In this document: in pieces, positions 60,401 to 64,000 of the stretch
Layout of the letters: the number at the start of each line of letters is the position of its first letter
How positions within the stretch are numbered: the stretch's first letter is position 1
DNA from: Azolla caroliniana
Taxonomy: Eukaryota; Plantae; Polypodiophyta
Direction: 5' to 3'
DNA length: 64,000 nucleotides
NCBI GenBank assembly: GCA_043228905.1
Contig: JBHGNT010000003.1
Location: 5,270,001-5,334,000 of the forward strand
Notes under the pieces: generated by a model
What the model saw: only the letters and a program-made list of their open reading frames with translations
What the model was told of the DNA's origin: nothing
The model's database searches: none
Made by a program: the position numbers and the translations under genes

Positions 60401-63131
60401 ATAACAGTATACTCGAAATGCCCATACCGCGTGCGAAAAGCGGTCTTCCACTCATCTCCCGGTCGGATCCGCACGAGATTATACGCTCCTCGTAGGTCGA
60501 TTTTAGTAAAAAACTTGGCACCATTAACTCGCTCTAAAAGACTTGATATAAGAGGAAGTGCATACCTATTCCGGATGGTGACTTTATTCAATCCGCGGTA
60601 ATCAACGACAAGACGAAGTGAGCCATCTTTCTTCTTGACAAAGAAGATGGGTGCACCGGCCGGAGATTTCGAATGACGGATGAACCCGCTTGCCAAGTTC
60701 TCCTCTATGTAGGCTCGAAGGACTTCTAACTCGGTGGGTGACAAGTTGTAAATTGGTCCCCATGGTGGCTCCGTTCCTGGTTGTAAATCGATGGGACAGT
60801 CATAGGGACGGTGATGAGGAAGGGTACCGGCTTTTACCTTGTCAAATACATCGGCATAAGGATGATATTTTGCCGGAAGTGTTATTGAGCAGTCCTTAAT
60901 AGTGCTAGAAGGATGTACTGATATGGCAAATAGGAACATTGCCTCCTTGGGTCCTTCTTCGCGTAGTTGATGGAGTGAAATGGTCGAAACTCGGTCAGCT
61001 GATTCTTGGGGTGGTCGATATCGGACTTCTCTTGTTCTCCAATCTATGGCTGGATTATGTAATTCAAGCCAAGGTAATCCTAGGACAATGGGATGCTCTG
61101 GACTACTAATTATATTAAATGATATTATACACACAAAACTACCTAGGACAACTTGAATGGGTTCTGATTCTTCTACAATATTCCCGGAAGCAATGGGACG
61201 ACCATCAATGACCACTACAGATGCGGGACAAGGAAGTTTTCTTAAGGATATCTGAGAAGCTTGGGCAAAATTTCGATCCATGAAACAGGAATTAGCTCCG
61301 GAATCTAAAAGTGCTAGGACGGGTACTGGGGGAGTACTTTTAGTACTAACAATGACTTGGGCTAGGAACAAATTGCTAACTTGCTTGGAAGGAATGGAAC
61401 CACTAATGGGCTGTACAGATCTAGGGCTGCTGTCCAACCAAATGGCTCCTATTTTGGCTGGACTCAATCGTTTAACTCTTCATCTAATTGACTAAGGATT
61501 TCAAATTTATTTGAGATACTTGGGCTATTAGTACTATGAATACTATCTGACACTCTATTAGTACTATTAATACTATCAGACACTCCGAAGGGAAGAATTG
61601 ACTCGGGTTTAGTACAGGCGACGATTTGATTTACCTGTCTTCTTGGCCTATGGGGACAATTGATGGCGATATGTCCTGGTCCACCGCAATAAAGACATAA
61701 TCGATTGGCACATCGTCGTTGCTTTTCTTCTCCCCATAACGGGCCGCGTCGACGCATGGTATCGATCTCCATCGGTGTCGAAGTATTTGCTTGAGGTATG
61801 TCTCGTGCAAACGGTTTAGCCGCGACTGCGGCGTAAGTGGGCTCTGGCCTAGAGCGTGGTATCTGTAATTGACGTTCTGAACGCCGTTCAAAAAGGCGGT
61901 TGTCACATCGAACTGCTCGACTGATTGCCTCCGTAAGAGACTTTGGTTCTTCGGGGAAAGTTAGAAGTAGATCTTTGACATCGTTTCGCAAGCCATAGCG
62001 AAACTGCTCCATTAGTGCTTGATCATCCCAGGGTATATCTGAAGCAAGTAGGCGGAAATCCGCCGCGTAGGCAGAGGCTGGACGATCGCCTTGACGCAAT
62101 CGCCAGATATTGTTGATCGTCGTCCTGATGCTGTCGGTGTCTCCAAAGCAGGCTTTAAACTCACCAATAAAATCTTCAAAGTTATTAAGTAAGGGCGATT
62201 GTTTTTCTAGAAGCGGAGCAAACCATGCCAAGGCTGAGCCGCTAAGTAGCGTGCCTATTAGGCTGACTCGAGATGCATCAGTGGGATATCGGGAAGGATG
62301 CATCTGGATGACTAAGCGTACCTGATTAAGGAATCCCCGGAATTGCGAACGTGTTCCATCAAATTTCACAGGAAGTCCAATCTTGGGCTCTTTATGAAAT
62401 CCTTGGGGACTGGATCCTTGTTGTTGCAACGCTGCTTCGAGTTGTTGTACCCGTAACGCTAACTCCCCATGTTGTTGTTGCGTTTGTTGTTTTTCTAGAG
62501 CGATTTGTTGCAGATCCCCTATCAGCCGTTGGTTTTCTTGTTCCAGGGCAACAAACTTTTCTTTTAGGCACTGTAGCTCGGAGAAAACGGATTGGTATTC
62601 TTGGGCACTAACAGTAGCCATAGTATAGGGAAAAGGGTAGGAGGATGAGGGAGAGTGACAAGTAGGCTAGAGGAGGAAAATTGGTTCAAACTGTCAGGAA
62701 TAGTACTAAAACAGAGATGGAATTAGTACTAAGAACAACAGTACTATTAGTACTAAGAGGACGGGACTACGTAAGATTCCCAAGAGAGGAAGCGAGAAGA
62801 GGAGAGAGAGAGAGATAGCGAGAATGAGAGAGAGAGAGAGATGATGACAGCAACTAATATATTATGTGAAAAGATAAGTACAAGCGGCTAAGAGGCTTAA
62901 GACTGGCGTTGAACCAATTTGGTTCAAAACAATGCCTTGTGCCTCCTTTTATAGTGTTTTTAGGAATAATCCTGAAGCTTTTAGAATGTTCCAGAGAGAT
63001 CTGGAATATACATCAATTTTCTATGATAAAGTATAAATGAAAATAATATCCTACAAAATACAATTCATAATCTAATGGTAAGAGCTCGACCCATGTAGCA
63101 TAAAGTCATGGGTTCGAGTCTTGCCATGACA
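57447..63131 (-). mobile_element. Full-length Tcn1-like chromovirus copy T2: 440-bp LTRs 57447-57886 and 62692-63131; gag 62621-61464; pol 61467-57898 with two premature stops
   Basis: TSD GTTAC, PPT AGGGGGAGATAG, about 6 LTR differences (mostly transitions), C-terminal chromodomain. Confidence 0.95.
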
Positions 63132-63354
63132 GTTACAATGGATTGGATATGAATCTGAAAGATCATCCTTGAAAGAAAGGAGCCAACCATCATGTAAGGA
63201 GTGGTCCGATATGAATATGAGAGATTATTTTTCCTCAAGGGATGGGAGAGAGAAGAAGAGAATGGGAAGAGAAAAAAGAAAAAGAAAAAGTGGAACATAT
63301 ACGGAGTTCCTTCTTGATCATAGCCTCCCATGTTCCTTTGCATGTGTCCCCATC

Positions 63355-63472
63355 TAGTTGCATGGCCTCTATTTCTAGTTGCTTGGCCTTTATTTTTAGT
63401 TGCATGGCCTCCTTTTTTAGTTGCTTCGCCTTTTTTAGTTGCTTGACCTTTACTTTTAGTTGCATGCGACCA
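63355..63472. repeat. Minisatellite, six 18-21-bp units TAGTTGC(A/T)TGGCCT(N)n inside LTR H
   Basis: Units start at 63355, 63376, 63397, 63418, 63436 and 63457. Confidence 0.9.
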
Positions 63473-63572
63473 TTCGTATAATTCGGCCACATGATCCACA
63501 ATCATCCATAAAATTCAGCTCGTGCATAATCCGTACGTGCGTCGCAACCAAACCGTAAACACGTCCGCACGC

Positions 63573-64000
63573 TGTCGTGAAGAAAACCGTCCATAAGCGG
63601 AATCGGCGCACCAAGGCGTGGGAACCGGTTCTTCACGCGCGCACGCTCCAAGTTGTACATAGAAGCGAATTAGGAGGATAATCGGCAGGAACGGGCCCTA
63701 ACACGAGTGGAGACAAAGACCGCGCGAACAGTCTTTCGGTCGCGCGCGCGAACTGTACGAGTCGGCGGCATAACTACGCGGATGCGCGAAGAACGGAGCG
63801 GATCCCTGTCCAAAAGGGACAGGGAATAAAGCTGACATGACGGCCTGCTCGTCGGCCTATATAAGGAGCAGGAAAGAGCTGTTGCAGGGATCTCGCGGGG
63901 AGAGGACGAAGTGCTGTCGGACCGTTTCTGGACGCTTCTCTCTCTGTTTCCTTCCTTCTTGAGCTCCATAGCTTTCCTGTGCAGGGTTCCGAGGAGGCAC
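63573..64000 (+). mobile_element. Start of an LTR from a family related to Gypsy E (runs off the window)
   Basis: TGTCGTGAAGAAAACCGTCC is identical to the U3 end of the E LTRs, then diverges. TATATAAGG near 63858. Confidence 0.75.

Larger units (their letters stand above)
57263..63572. mobile_element. LTR-like element H (pieces 57263-57446 and 63132-63572) interrupting Copia C
   Basis: Copia RT stops at ...AACTCCGG and TGTCGTGAAAAATCC begins. Sequence is continuous across the GTTAC TSD of T2. Confidence 0.6.

Noticed and set aside
63061-63131. Functional tRNA genes at the LTR ends (also 126-197 and 21380-21440)
   Set aside because: Acceptor and anticodon stems cannot pair. Only the promoter boxes and spacing remain.
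38299-63131. T1/T2 as a segmental duplication or assembly repeat
   Set aside because: Similarity stops exactly at the LTR end, flanks differ, T2 has its own TSD, and each copy has private mutations.
63355-63472. CRISPR-like array, or the 146-aa repetitive ORF 63065-63505
   Set aside because: Short head-to-tail units without unique spacers or cas genes in eukaryotic DNA. The ORF spans an insertion junction.

Overview
Eukaryotic land-plant DNA, most likely a bryophyte (moss-like retrotransposon families, plant tRNA primer sites, TTTAGGG motifs). The organism is inferred, not proven. A gene island of about 16.5 kb (6.35-22.95 kb) lies between LTR-retrotransposon blocks. It holds a rearranging cluster of TORNADO1-like ROCO (LRR-Roc-COR) genes: one intact two-exon gene of about 1795 aa (11783-17267, minus strand) and three relics. 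In the intact gene the P-loop is split by a GC-AG intron, the GTPase switch motifs are degenerate, and a second copy of the N-terminal LRR module is fused in frame at the C-terminus. It lies head-to-head, 1.93 kb apart, with an intronless ACD6-type ankyrin/transmembrane gene (19198-21102, +), and the two promoters share a duplicated motif. This is a candidate paired immune-receptor locus. From 22.95 kb to the end is one nest of LTR elements up to six levels deep, resolvable by target-site duplications (TSDs). It includes two copies of a Tcn1-like chromovirus (self-priming, -1 frameshift with likely pseudoknot, tRNA-derived hairpin at the LTR end), a Gypsy primed by tRNA-Trp with a 4-bp TSD, several Copia elements, and solo LTRs. 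Telomeric filler DNA sits at two deletion junctions. No CRISPR array, rRNA or intact tRNA gene was found.
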